A stretch of 64,000 nt of DNA from Alphaproteobacteria bacterium (lineage in GTDB: Bacteria; Pseudomonadota; Alphaproteobacteria; JAJFIK01), in the NCBI GenBank assembly GCA_050331455.1, contig JBHJGV010000061.1:1136-65135 (forward strand), written 5' to 3'. The notes beneath the pieces are model-generated. The model searched no databases and was not told where the DNA came from. It saw nothing but the letters and a program-made list of their open reading frames with translations. Both the position numbers and the translations under genes were made by a program. Below, one piece after another: positions 20,251 through 29,506 of this stretch (its first letter is position 1; the number at the start of each line of letters is the position of its first letter).

Positions 20251-21930
20251 ATGGCACAGGATGACCATCCGACCCCGGATCTTTTGAAGGCCCTCGCCCA
20301 GGACGCCAAGGCCTGGCCGTTCGAGGAAGCCCGGAAGCTCCAGACGCGCCGGAAAAAGACGTCCGCCGACAAGCCGGTCCTGTTTGAGACAGGCTACGGC
20401 CCCTCTGGCCTGCCCCATATCGGCACGTTCGGCGAAGTGGTGCGCACAAGCATGGTCCGTCACGCCTTCGAGACGCTGGCGCCGGGCGTGCCGACCCGTC
20501 TTATTGCGTTTTCCGATGATATGGACGGTCTGCGCAAAGTGCCGACCAATCTGCCGAACCAGGCCATGCTGGCGGAGCACCTGGACAAGCCCCTGACATC
20601 CGTCCCCGACCCTTTCGAGGACCATGAGAGCTTCGCCCACCACAACAATGCGCGTCTGCGCGCCTTCCTCGACCAGTTCGGTTTCAGTTACGAGTTCATC
20701 AGTTCGACCGAGATGTACAAGGGCGGTGCTTTCGATGATGCGCTCATGCGCGTGCTCTATTGCTATGATGAGATCATGGCCATCATCCTGCCCACCCTGG
20801 GCGAGGAGCGGCAGCAAACCTATTCCCCGTTCCTGCCCGTCTGCCCACGGACGGGTAAGGTGCTGCAGGTGAAGGTGGTCGAGCGGTCCCACAATGCCGG
20901 CACGATCGTTTATGAGGAAGAGGACGGGACGCGTACGGAAGTTCCAGTGACCGGCGGCCATTGCAAATTGCAGTGGAAGGCCGACTGGGCCATGCGCTGG
21001 TATGCGCTGGGCGTCGACTACGAGATGGCCGGCAAGGACCTAATCGACTCCGTCACCCTGTCCTCGAAAATCGTCACCGCGCTGGGTGGCCTGCCCCCGG
21101 ACGGCTTCAATTATGAGCTGTTTCTGGACGAAAACGGCCAGAAGATCTCGAAGTCCAAGGGCAACGGCATCGCCATCGAGGACTGGCTGCGCTATGCGAC
21201 GCCGGAAAGCCTGTCGCTGTTCATGTTCCAGGCGCCGCGCAAGGCCAAGAAGCTCTATTTCGACGTGATCCCGAAGGCGGTCGACGACTATCTGACCTTT
21301 GTCGGAAAATTCCAGGATCAGGAGCCGGCTGACCAGATCGCGAATCCGTCCTGGCACATCCATGGCGGCCCGCCCCCGGCCATAGATCTGCCCATCAGCT
21401 TCGCCCTGCTGCTCAATCTGGTCAGCGCCAGCAATGCTAGCGAACGGGACGTGTTGTGGGGCTTCATCCGGGCCTACAGCGCCGATCTCACGCCGGAAAA
21501 GGCGCCCCTTCTGGACACCCTGGTCGGGTATGCCATCACATATTACCACGACTTCGTTAAGCCGACCAAAGAGTTCCGTGCACCGAGCGATCAGGAGCGT
21601 GCGGCGCTGCAGGATCTGCGCGCACGTCTTGCTGCCCTCGGGTCAGAGAAGCAGGGATCGGAAAAGCGAGACGGAGAAGAGATCCAGTCGGTCGTTTATG
21701 CCGTCGGCAAGGACCATGCCTTCGAAAATCTTCGCGACTGGTTCAAAGCCATCTACGAAGTGCTGCTGGGGCAGAGCCAGGGACCCCGGTTCGGGAACTT
21801 CATTGCGCTCTACGGCATCGACGAAACCGTTCACCTGTTGGACCAGGCTCTTGCGGGCGCTCTGCTCGCCTCGAGTGGAACCGCCGATGCCGCCCGCCCC
21901 GAAACCGCCGCACCGGGCGCATCCCTATAG
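20251..21930 (+). CDS. lysS: Lysine--tRNA ligase, class I
   Basis: [42 protein letters not shown]. Confidence 0.98.
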   Translation: MAQDDHPTPDLLKALAQDAKAWPFEEARKLQTRRKKTSADKPVLFETGYGPSGLPHIGTFGEVVRTSMVRHAFETLAPGVPTRLIAFSDDMDGLRKVPTNLPNQAMLAEHLDKPLTSVPDPFEDHESFAHHNNARLRAFLDQFGFSYEFISSTEMYKGGAFDDALMRVLYCYDEIMAIILPTLGEERQQTYSPFLPVCPRTGKVLQVKVVERSHNAGTIVYEEEDGTRTEVPVTGGHCKLQWKADWAMRWYALGVDYEMAGKDLIDSVTLSSKIVTALGGLPPDGFNYELFLDENGQKISKSKGNGIAIEDWLRYATPESLSLFMFQAPRKAKKLYFDVIPKAVDDYLTFVGKFQDQEPADQIANPSWHIHGGPPPAIDLPISFALLLNLVSASNASERDVLWGFIRAYSADLTPEKAPLLDTLVGYAITYYHDFVKPTKEFRAPSDQERAALQDLRARLAALGSEKQGSEKRDGEEIQSVVYAVGKDHAFENLRDWFKAIYEVLLGQSQGPRFGNFIALYGIDETVHLLDQALAGALLASSGTADAARPETAAPGASL

Positions 21931-21995
21931 GGTTGCCGGCGCCAGCCGATCCCGGCTGCCGTGTCCGACCACGCCCACCCACGATGGAGGCAGCC

Positions 21996-22958
21996 ATGGG
22001 GGATGATCCGTTTTCTGCTGGCCCCGCACGGGGATCGCGTTTTTCAAAGGCCGCAGCGGCTCTCGCCCTGATCGCCCTGTGCATTGCCGGATCGCCCACA
22101 GCTCGTTCCTCCGAAGGCGGCGGCGCCACGGCGCTGCCCGTTCCGCCCCCGCCCTGTACCACGGCAGCCTCCGCGGAGAGCGCGGCGGTATCAAGCACGA
22201 GTGCCTTGACGGTGGCCTGGTCCCTGTTTCGCGACGGCTGTTTCGATCGGGCGCGCGAGCGTGCAGTGGGTCTTGGCGAAGACACATCCCGCGCGGCCCG
22301 GGAGCGGGCGGAGGCTTTTGCCCTTGGTGCGCGGGCGACCCTATCCGCGGTCATGGTGGATCCCCTCGCGCCGGACGCCGCCTCCCTCATCGATCAGGCC
22401 GAACACCTCGCGGCCCGGGCGGTCCGTCTGGATGACACCGTCGTCGAAGGCCACTTGCAACGGGCCATTGCGCTCGGGCTCCAGGCCCGGGCGGCCGGAG
22501 CGATCGAAGCCGCCAGCGGGGGCTATGCCGAGGAGGCCCGCGCCCATATCGATGCCGCCATGGCCCTGGCGCCCGAGGAGCCCTATGCCCTTGCCGTCGA
22601 CGGGGCCTGGCATTTCGAGGTGGTGACCGGCGCCGGCAGTCTCGCCGCGTCCATGATCTATGGAGCGGCTGCGGATGAGGGCGAATCCCGCTTCGAGGCG
22701 GCCCGCACGCGCCCCGGCGCATCGCTCATGATCGATGTCCAGTATGCCGTGGCGGCCCTGGTGCTTGATCACAAGCGCCACCGGGAGCGCGCCCGCACCG
22801 CGCTGGAGGCTGCCCGCACGAAAACACCGGAGACGGCGGTGGAACAGTTCCACTTTGACCTCGCCGGCGTGCTTCTGGAGCGTCTGGCCTCCCCCGAAGG
22901 CAGCCGGGCCGGGGCGCGCCTTGCGGCTGCGGTCCAGGGGCGACAAGGCGATCAGTAG
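21996..22958 (+). CDS. Hypothetical exported helical (TPR-like) protein
   Basis: GGAGG SD, signal-like segment and Ala-rich helical repeats; in the lysS-pyrD run. Confidence 0.6.
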   Translation: MGDDPFSAGPARGSRFSKAAAALALIALCIAGSPTARSSEGGGATALPVPPPPCTTAASAESAAVSSTSALTVAWSLFRDGCFDRARERAVGLGEDTSRAARERAEAFALGARATLSAVMVDPLAPDAASLIDQAEHLAARAVRLDDTVVEGHLQRAIALGLQARAAGAIEAASGGYAEEARAHIDAAMALAPEEPYALAVDGAWHFEVVTGAGSLAASMIYGAAADEGESRFEAARTRPGASLMIDVQYAVAALVLDHKRHRERARTALEAARTKTPETAVEQFHFDLAGVLLERLASPEGSRAGARLAAAVQGRQGDQ

Positions 22959-23008
22959 TTGGATGATGAGTGACGGGACAGGCATGACGGATGGAGGAGG
23001 CTCGGGGG

Positions 23009-23386
23009 ATGAGCGGTCCACTGATTTTCAAGATCATGACACCGGCCGAATGGACGGCCTTTGAACGGGCGGGCCGGTTTGACGGGGCGCCCATCGACAA
23101 GACCGACGGCTTCATCCACTTCTCAAGCCCGGACCAGGTGGAAGAAACGGCGGCCAAGCATTTTCAGGATGCCGGCGATCTGGTGCTCGTGGCCGTGGAT
23201 GCCGCACCCTTAGGCGATGCCCTCAAATGGGAGCCGTCCCGCGGCGGCGCCCTCTTTCCGCACCTCTACGGCGCGCTGACCCTGTCGGCGGTCCGTTGGC
23301 ACACGCCCCTGCGATCCCTTGCCGGAGGCGGGCACGATTTCCCCGATGGCTGGCGCACGCAAACCGGGCCGGAGGGTGATCGGTGA
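23009..23386 (+). CDS. DUF952 domain protein
   Basis: IFKI...EW, D..DGFIHFS, ETAAKHF, WEPSRGGALFPHLY; overlaps pyrD start. Confidence 0.92.
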   Translation: MSGPLIFKIMTPAEWTAFERAGRFDGAPIDKTDGFIHFSSPDQVEETAAKHFQDAGDLVLVAVDAAPLGDALKWEPSRGGALFPHLYGALTLSAVRWHTPLRSLAGGGHDFPDGWRTQTGPEGDR

Positions 23387-24453
23387 CGTCCCTGTTCGCG
23401 CTGGCCCGCCCCCGGCTCCACCCCCTGCCCCCGGAACACGCCCATGACCTGACCCTGATGGCCCTGCGATGGGGCCTTGGCGGTCGCTACCGCGGCCCTT
23501 CCGATCCGATTCTCCGCCAGCGGATCTTCGATCTCGATTTTGCCAATCCCCTGGGTCTTGCCGCCGGCTTCGACAAGAATGCCGAGGCCCCCGACGCCAT
23601 GCTCGCCCTCGGCTTCGGCTTTGTCGAATGCGGAACCGTGACGCCCCTGCCCCAGGACGGCAATCCCCAGCCCCGGGTCTTCCGCCTGGAGAAGGACCGG
23701 GCCGTGATCAATCGTCTGGGCTTCAACAATGAGGGTCTGAGCGCCGTGACCGAACGGCTCAAGGCCCGCGCCGGAAGGGGCGGCATCCTGGGGGCCAATC
23801 TCGGAGCGAACAAGGACAGCCAGGACCGGGAGGCCGACTATGTCCAGGGTCTCCAGACCCTTTATCCCTATGCCGATTACTTCACCATCAATGTTTCTTC
23901 GCCCAACACGCCGGGGCTGCGCGGTCTCCAGGATCGCGGTGCGCTCGAAAGCCTGTTGGCAGCCCTGACCGAATGCCGGGCGCGCATGGCGAGCGATGGC
24001 GGGCGGCGTCCTCTGCTGCTGAAGGTCGCACCGGATCTGGGGCCGGGCCAGGCGGAGGACATCGCCGATGTGGCACTCGCATCGGGCATCGATGGGCTCA
24101 TCGTGTCGAACACCACGGTGGCCCGTCCGGACGGCCTGTGCAGCCCGGCGCGCAGCCAACGGGGCGGCCTGTCCGGTGCGCCCCTCTTCGCCCCATCGAC
24201 CCGGGTGCTCGCACGCTTTCACCAGGTGACCAACGGCGCCTTGCCCCTGATCGGGGTCGGCGGCGTTTCCAGCGGTGCCGAGGCCTATGCCAAGATCCGG
24301 GCCGGGGCCCGTCTCGTGCAGCTCTATACGGGGTTGATCTATGAGGGCCCCGGACTTGTGGCCCGGATTCTCACCGATCTCGCCGCGCAGTTGAAACGGG
24401 ACGGCTTTTCCTCGATCGAGGACGCCGTCGGCACGGCCGATCCACGGATCTGA
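23383..24453 (+). CDS. pyrD: Quinone-dependent dihydroorotate dehydrogenase
   Basis: PE.AH, GLAAGFDKN, INRLGFNN, NVSSPNTPGLR, LKVAPDL, SNTT, GGLSG. Confidence 0.97.
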   Translation: MTSLFALARPRLHPLPPEHAHDLTLMALRWGLGGRYRGPSDPILRQRIFDLDFANPLGLAAGFDKNAEAPDAMLALGFGFVECGTVTPLPQDGNPQPRVFRLEKDRAVINRLGFNNEGLSAVTERLKARAGRGGILGANLGANKDSQDREADYVQGLQTLYPYADYFTINVSSPNTPGLRGLQDRGALESLLAALTECRARMASDGGRRPLLLKVAPDLGPGQAEDIADVALASGIDGLIVSNTTVARPDGLCSPARSQRGGLSGAPLFAPSTRVLARFHQVTNGALPLIGVGGVSSGAEAYAKIRAGARLVQLYTGLIYEGPGLVARILTDLAAQLKRDGFSSIEDAVGTADPRI

Positions 24454-24582
24454 GGGCATCGCGCGCCGCCTTTGGCGACTGCCCTTCCCGGCCCGCATCG
24501 GGTAAACTTGCGACGATGACAGTCAGGCTCGCTTCGGCGGCGGTCCCATGGACGCGCTGCGCACGGCCTTCCGGAGGGTTCC

Positions 24583-25080
24583 ATGACCACACGCTTTCTG
24601 GTGTATGCCGCAATGCTGACGGGGGTATGGGCCGCACTGACGGCCAGTGCCAACCTGTCCAACCTCATCATCGGCTTCGGATTGAGCGTCGGGGCGCTGG
24701 CGATCATCCGAACGGCCCTCGGCGCGGCAAGTTCCGAGCCCTATCGGTTTTTCAGACGACCCTTCAAGGCCATGTGGATCCTGGTGGTCCTCGTGCGCGA
24801 GTTGATCCTGGCCGGCCTATCCGTCGGCCTGATGGCAGTTCGCCCCAGGATCGATCTCAATCCGGGAATCGTGGCGGTCCCGCTGGACACCCGGGACGAT
24901 TTCGAGATCGCCCTGTTCGCCAACCTGATCACCATGGTCCCCGGGACCATGACGGTGGATGTGTCCACGGACAAGTCCACGCTTTACATGCATGTGCTCG
25001 ATGCGACCGATCCGGACTATCAGCGCAATGACGTGAAGAGCCTGTTCGAGCGCAATATCATCGCCGCCTTCGGATCTTGA
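24583..25080 (+). CDS. mrpE: Mrp/Mnh Na+/H+ antiporter subunit E
   Basis: PGIVAVPL, ANLITMVPGTMTVDV, LYMHVLD, FERNI. Confidence 0.88.
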   Translation: MTTRFLVYAAMLTGVWAALTASANLSNLIIGFGLSVGALAIIRTALGAASSEPYRFFRRPFKAMWILVVLVRELILAGLSVGLMAVRPRIDLNPGIVAVPLDTRDDFEIALFANLITMVPGTMTVDVSTDKSTLYMHVLDATDPDYQRNDVKSLFERNIIAAFGS

Positions 25081-25090
25081 GGAAACATCC

Positions 25091-25483
25091 ATGGTTATCG
25101 AGATTATCTGCTCCGCTTTGGTCCTGACAGGCGCGCTGTTCACATTGCTGGCCGCCCTTGGCATTTTGCGCTTCCCGGATGTCTATTCGCGCATGCACGC
25201 ATCCACCAAGGCCGGATCTCTCGGGGCGGGCCTCATCTTCATTTCCATCGGCGTGCAGTCGGGCGAGTTGAGCGTGATCCTGAGGGCCGTGGCGGGATTT
25301 TTCTTCATTGTGCTGACGGGTCCCCTGGCGGCCCATCTGCTCAGCCGGGCGGCCTACCGGGCCGGTGTTCCCATGGGCCAGGGGACGACCGTGGATCATC
25401 TGGAAGGGGCCTATGAGGGCCCGGGGGACACTCTGGGTCCTTATGATTTCTCCAAGGAAACACGGTCTTCTTCCGCACCTTAG
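25091..25483 (+). CDS. mrpG: Mrp/Mnh Na+/H+ antiporter subunit G
   Basis: GILRFPDVYSRMHASTKAGSLG, LTGPLAAH..SRAAY. Confidence 0.9.
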   Translation: MVIEIICSALVLTGALFTLLAALGILRFPDVYSRMHASTKAGSLGAGLIFISIGVQSGELSVILRAVAGFFFIVLTGPLAAHLLSRAAYRAGVPMGQGTTVDHLEGAYEGPGDTLGPYDFSKETRSSSAP

Positions 25484-25527
25484 ATCACGCGCCGTTATCG
25501 CCGTGGGGCGGGCCCGGCCTCGCCCCA

Positions 25528-26745
25528 TCAGCGCAGGCGCAGAATTTTGCAGGGTGCGCCAACCGGGGTTTCGGGCGCGTGTGGCGGGCGCACAAGAAGC
25601 ACATTGGCCTGCGCCAGCGGCCTCAACATGGAACTGTCCTGGACCGGCGCTGGGACCACGACGGTCCCGTGGGCGTGATGCGGCATGAACGAGGCCCGCA
25701 TATAGTCCTGCCGCGGGCCGTTGGCCGAAATGGCCGCTCCGGCAATCGCGTCCTCGAGGGGTGGAAGGTGCCCCTCCATCCCCCCCAACCGATCCACGGC
25801 GGCCCGGACGAACAGCGTGGCGCAGACCATCGCCGACACCGGATTGCCGGGCAGCCCGATAAAGGGCGCGGCGCCCACGGTGCCGACCATCAGCGGCTTG
25901 CCGGGCCGCATGGCGATGCGCCAGAAATCGAGCTGGCCGCCGGCCGCGCTGACGGCGTCGCGCACGAGATCGTGGTCGCCGACGGATGCACCGCCCAACG
26001 TGATCACCAGATCCGCCGTCGCCGACGCCTGGAGCGCCGCCCTGGTGGCATCGGGATCGTCAGGGATGATGCCGGCGTCCCGGGGGGCGGCGCCCCACAC
26101 GGTCAGGGCACTGAGGAGGCCGTACAGGCTGGAGGCGACCGTTCGGTGGGGCCCATAGGTCCCGCCGGCCACATCTTCGGGCCGCAGCAATTCCGAACCC
26201 GTGGCCAGCACCGCCACGGCGGGGCGCTTCGTCACGGACAGAGCGGGCACACCGGCAGCGGCGGCAAGCGCGATGGCGGCCGGATCCAGCACCCGTCCGG
26301 CGGGGATCAGCGTGTCTCCAGCGGAAAAATCGAGCCCGGCCCGGCGCATATGGCGCCCCGGCTCGGCGGTCACGGACACGTCAACCCGGCGCCCGCCGTC
26401 GAGCGTCCGGCAGTCCTCTTGCACGACGATGGCATCGGCGCCGTCGGGGAGTGCGGCGCCGGTGAAGATACGGGCCGCCTGCCCCGCCCGGATGGGTTGC
26501 GGCGGCGGCGCGGTCCCCGCCGGAATGGCTGCAATGACGTCGAGCACCATCGGCGGATCAGCGAGGTCAGCAGCGCGCACCGCATAGCCGTCCATGGCGC
26601 TGACGGCAACCGCCGGCTGGGTCCGGCGCGCGACCACATCCGCCCGAAGCACGCGGCCTGTCGCCTCGATCAACGGCACCGTCTCGGGAGCCAGAGGGTT
26701 GAGACCGGCAATCAAGCGGGCATGGGCCTCCTCGACAGACAGCAT
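25528..26745 (-). CDS. moeA: Molybdopterin molybdotransferase
   Basis: SAMDGYA, RIFTGA.LP, GGASVGDHD, MRPGKP, GLPGNPVS, QDSS. Confidence 0.95.
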   Translation of the reverse strand: MLSVEEAHARLIAGLNPLAPETVPLIEATGRVLRADVVARRTQPAVAVSAMDGYAVRAADLADPPMVLDVIAAIPAGTAPPPQPIRAGQAARIFTGAALPDGADAIVVQEDCRTLDGGRRVDVSVTAEPGRHMRRAGLDFSAGDTLIPAGRVLDPAAIALAAAAGVPALSVTKRPAVAVLATGSELLRPEDVAGGTYGPHRTVASSLYGLLSALTVWGAAPRDAGIIPDDPDATRAALQASATADLVITLGGASVGDHDLVRDAVSAAGGQLDFWRIAMRPGKPLMVGTVGAAPFIGLPGNPVSAMVCATLFVRAAVDRLGGMEGHLPPLEDAIAGAAISANGPRQDYMRASFMPHHAHGTVVVPAPVQDSSMLRPLAQANVLLVRPPHAPETPVGAPCKILRLR

Positions 26746-27041
26746 GGCATCCTCCTGATGGGCGGTGTGAACCGCCCCGGGTTTACCGGAGGCAGGTTTA
26801 TGTAAGTCACGCCACCATGGCGTAGGCGTCGTGGTTTTGGAAGCATCGCTGTTCGGCCTCGGCGGGCGGGTGCGGGCAATCGCGAGCCGCTGGTGTTGGG
26901 CGCAAGCCTCAGCGCCTCAAGCGATCAGTCCGCCGACACACCGGCGCTGGACGAAACGGAGCCTCTTGCCTTTGACGAGGACGATGCGGACGGCATCGAC
27001 AGCAATGGTCTGCTCGCTGAAGAAGCCGCCCTATTCTGAGA

Positions 27042-28637
27042 TCAGACGGCTCGTCCGGCTTCATCGGCGAGGACCAGTTGCGGCGCTGCGGCGATCAGCG
27101 ATGCGGTATAGGGATGGGCGGGATCGGAGAACACACGGGCCGTCGGCCCTTCCTCCACAATCCGACCGGCGCGCATCACCAGAACGCGATCGGTGATGCT
27201 GCGCACCACGGACAGATCGTGGGAAATGAAAAGATAGGACACACCCAGGCGATCCGTGAGCTGGGCCAGAAGGTCAAGGATGCGGGCCCGCACGGACACA
27301 TCAAGGGCGGACACCGCCTCGTCCAGCACGATTACGTCCGGCTCCGTCACGATGGCCCGGGCCAGGGCGATACGCTGGCGCTGGCCGCCGGAAAATTCGT
27401 GGGGAAAGCGCTCGGCATCCTTGGGGGACAGACCCACCTCGGTCAGAATGGCGGCCACCCGGTCCCTGATCTCGGCTCGGTCGGGACGGGGGCGGACCAG
27501 GTGAAAGGGCTCGGCCACCACGCGCCCGACCCGGTGGCGGGGATTGAAAGATCCGTAAGGGTCCTGAAAGACGACCTGGATGCGCCGGCGCAACAGGCGC
27601 AGAGCCGCGCCCCGAGCCGCCGTCATGCAAACCCCGTCGATGCACACCTCGCCGGACTGGACATCTTCAAGGCCCAGCAGAGAGCGGGCAAGGGTCGATT
27701 TTCCGCATCCGGATTCGCCCACAAGTCCGAGGTTTTCCCCCTTATGCAACGTGAAGCTCACCCCGTCCACTGCGCGGCGCGGGGTCGTCTCCCGCGCGCC
27801 GCCATAGGCCCGCACGACATTCTTGACCTCAAGCAGGGGCGATGCGCCGGGCGTGTGGGGCGCCCGGCTTGGCACATGGGTGGAATCCGCAAACAGGCGC
27901 CTTGTATAGGGGTGGACCATGGTCCGAAAAACCGTCCCGGTCTCCCCGCTTTCGACAATGGTGCCATCCTTCATGATGACGACGCGTGATGCCATGCCGG
28001 CCACGACGGCAAGGTCATGGCTGATCAGCACAAGGCTCATCCCGTCCTCGGCCACGAGGCGCCGGAGCAGATGAAGAATCTGTGCCTGGGTCGTCACGTC
28101 AAGGGCCGTCGTCGGCTCGTCGGCGATCATCAATTTTGGTTTGAGCGCAATGGCCATGGCGATGATCACGCGCTGGCGCTGTCCGCCGGACAGCTCATGG
28201 GGATAGCGATCCGCCGACACCCGGTCCATGGGCAGACCGACCCGGGCGAGCGTCGCGATCGCCCGCTCCCGTGCAGCAACGCGGCTCACATCCGTATGAA
28301 TACGGATTGTCTCGGCGACCTGATCGCCGATCCGGTGCAGTGGATTGAGCGCGGTCATGGGCTCCTGGAACACCATGGCAAGGTCCCGCCCGCGCAGGGC
28401 ACACAGCTCCCGATCATGGAGGTCATGCAGGGCGCGCCCGTCAAAGTGAATGCGTCCGGAAACCTTTGCCCCTTCCGGCAACAGGCCCATCACGGCCATG
28501 GCGGTCATGGATTTGCCGGACCCGGACTCCCCGACCACACCCAACACATCGCCCGGATCGAGCGAGACTGTCAGATTATGGAGGATTTCCCGTCCCCCGA
28601 GGGAGACGGTCAGGGACTCGACCTCAAGCAGGCTCAT
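27042..28637 (-). CDS. Dipeptide/oligopeptide ABC transporter ATP-binding protein (two NBDs)
   Basis: Two Walker A motifs ([16 protein letters not shown]), two SGGQRQR signatures, HPYT motifs. Confidence 0.95.
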   Translation of the reverse strand: MSLLEVESLTVSLGGREILHNLTVSLDPGDVLGVVGESGSGKSMTAMAVMGLLPEGAKVSGRIHFDGRALHDLHDRELCALRGRDLAMVFQEPMTALNPLHRIGDQVAETIRIHTDVSRVAARERAIATLARVGLPMDRVSADRYPHELSGGQRQRVIIAMAIALKPKLMIADEPTTALDVTTQAQILHLLRRLVAEDGMSLVLISHDLAVVAGMASRVVIMKDGTIVESGETGTVFRTMVHPYTRRLFADSTHVPSRAPHTPGASPLLEVKNVVRAYGGARETTPRRAVDGVSFTLHKGENLGLVGESGCGKSTLARSLLGLEDVQSGEVCIDGVCMTAARGAALRLLRRRIQVVFQDPYGSFNPRHRVGRVVAEPFHLVRPRPDRAEIRDRVAAILTEVGLSPKDAERFPHEFSGGQRQRIALARAIVTEPDVIVLDEAVSALDVSVRARILDLLAQLTDRLGVSYLFISHDLSVVRSITDRVLVMRAGRIVEEGPTARVFSDPAHPYTASLIAAAPQLVLADEAGRAV

Positions 28638-29506
28638 GGGGTCTCCCGTGCAGACAATCTGGGATCCAGCACGTCCCGCAATCCGTCCCCAAGCAGATTG
28701 AACCCCAGAACGGCGACAAAAATCGCAAAGCCCGGAAAGATCACGAGCCAGGGCGCTACATCCGCCAGGGTCTGACTGTCCGACAGCATGCGGCCCCAAC
28801 TCGGCGCCGGCGGCTGGGTTCCAAGGCCCACATAGGACAGTCCCGCTTCGGCGAGGATGCCAAGGGAAAACTGGATCGTGCCTTGAACGATCAGCAGACT
28901 GGCAATATTGGGCAGAATATGTTCAGCGGAAATCCGTGCCCGTCCCTTTCCGGCCACCTGAGCCGCCAGAACGTACTCCCGGGACCAAAGTGACAAGGCT
29001 CCGCCCCGGGCCAGGCGGGCGAAGACCGGAATGTTGAAAATGCCAATGGCGATGATGGCATTCACGGCCCCAGGCCCGAACACCGCCGTCATCAAAATCG
29101 CCAGCACCAGGGCCGGAAAGGCGAAGATGACGTCGTTGCTGCGCATCAGCAGGCTGTCCGCAGGACCGCGGCTGGCGGCCGCGGCGAGGCCGATGGGCAC
29201 GCCAACCCCAATTCCGAAGCCCACGGCCAGAAATGCCACGGCCAGGGAATTGCCGGCCCCCACCATGACCATGGACAGACCATCCCGGCCGAGAGCATCC
29301 GTCCCCATGGGGTGGCTCCAGGAGGGCCCTTGCAGCCGGTCCGCCACGGCAAGGGCCGCCGGATCATAGGGCGTCCAGAGGAGAGAGATAAGGGCGACGC
29401 CGGCCACCAGAGCCGTCAGGCCGAAGCCGGACAGCAGGCTCCAGCTCCACCGCATCCAGGTCGGGGACCGGCGTTTCGATCGCATGCGATCGGCCGCGGG
29501 CCTCAT
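28634..29506 (-). CDS. Peptide ABC transporter permease (DppC/OppC-like)
   Basis: HPMGTDALGRD, EYV.AA..AG EAA loop, HILPN, EAGLSY.GLG, GDGLRD.LDPR. Confidence 0.93.
   Translation of the reverse strand: MRPAADRMRSKRRSPTWMRWSWSLLSGFGLTALVAGVALISLLWTPYDPAALAVADRLQGPSWSHPMGTDALGRDGLSMVMVGAGNSLAVAFLAVGFGIGVGVPIGLAAAASRGPADSLLMRSNDVIFAFPALVLAILMTAVFGPGAVNAIIAIGIFNIPVFARLARGGALSLWSREYVLAAQVAGKGRARISAEHILPNIASLLIVQGTIQFSLGILAEAGLSYVGLGTQPPAPSWGRMLSDSQTLADVAPWLVIFPGFAIFVAVLGFNLLGDGLRDVLDPRLSARETP

Noticed and set aside
26800-27039. Possible small gene between moeA and the ABC ATPase (hydrophobic stretch in one frame, acidic tail in another)
   Set aside because: No consistent start, SD or single frame; cannot be supported
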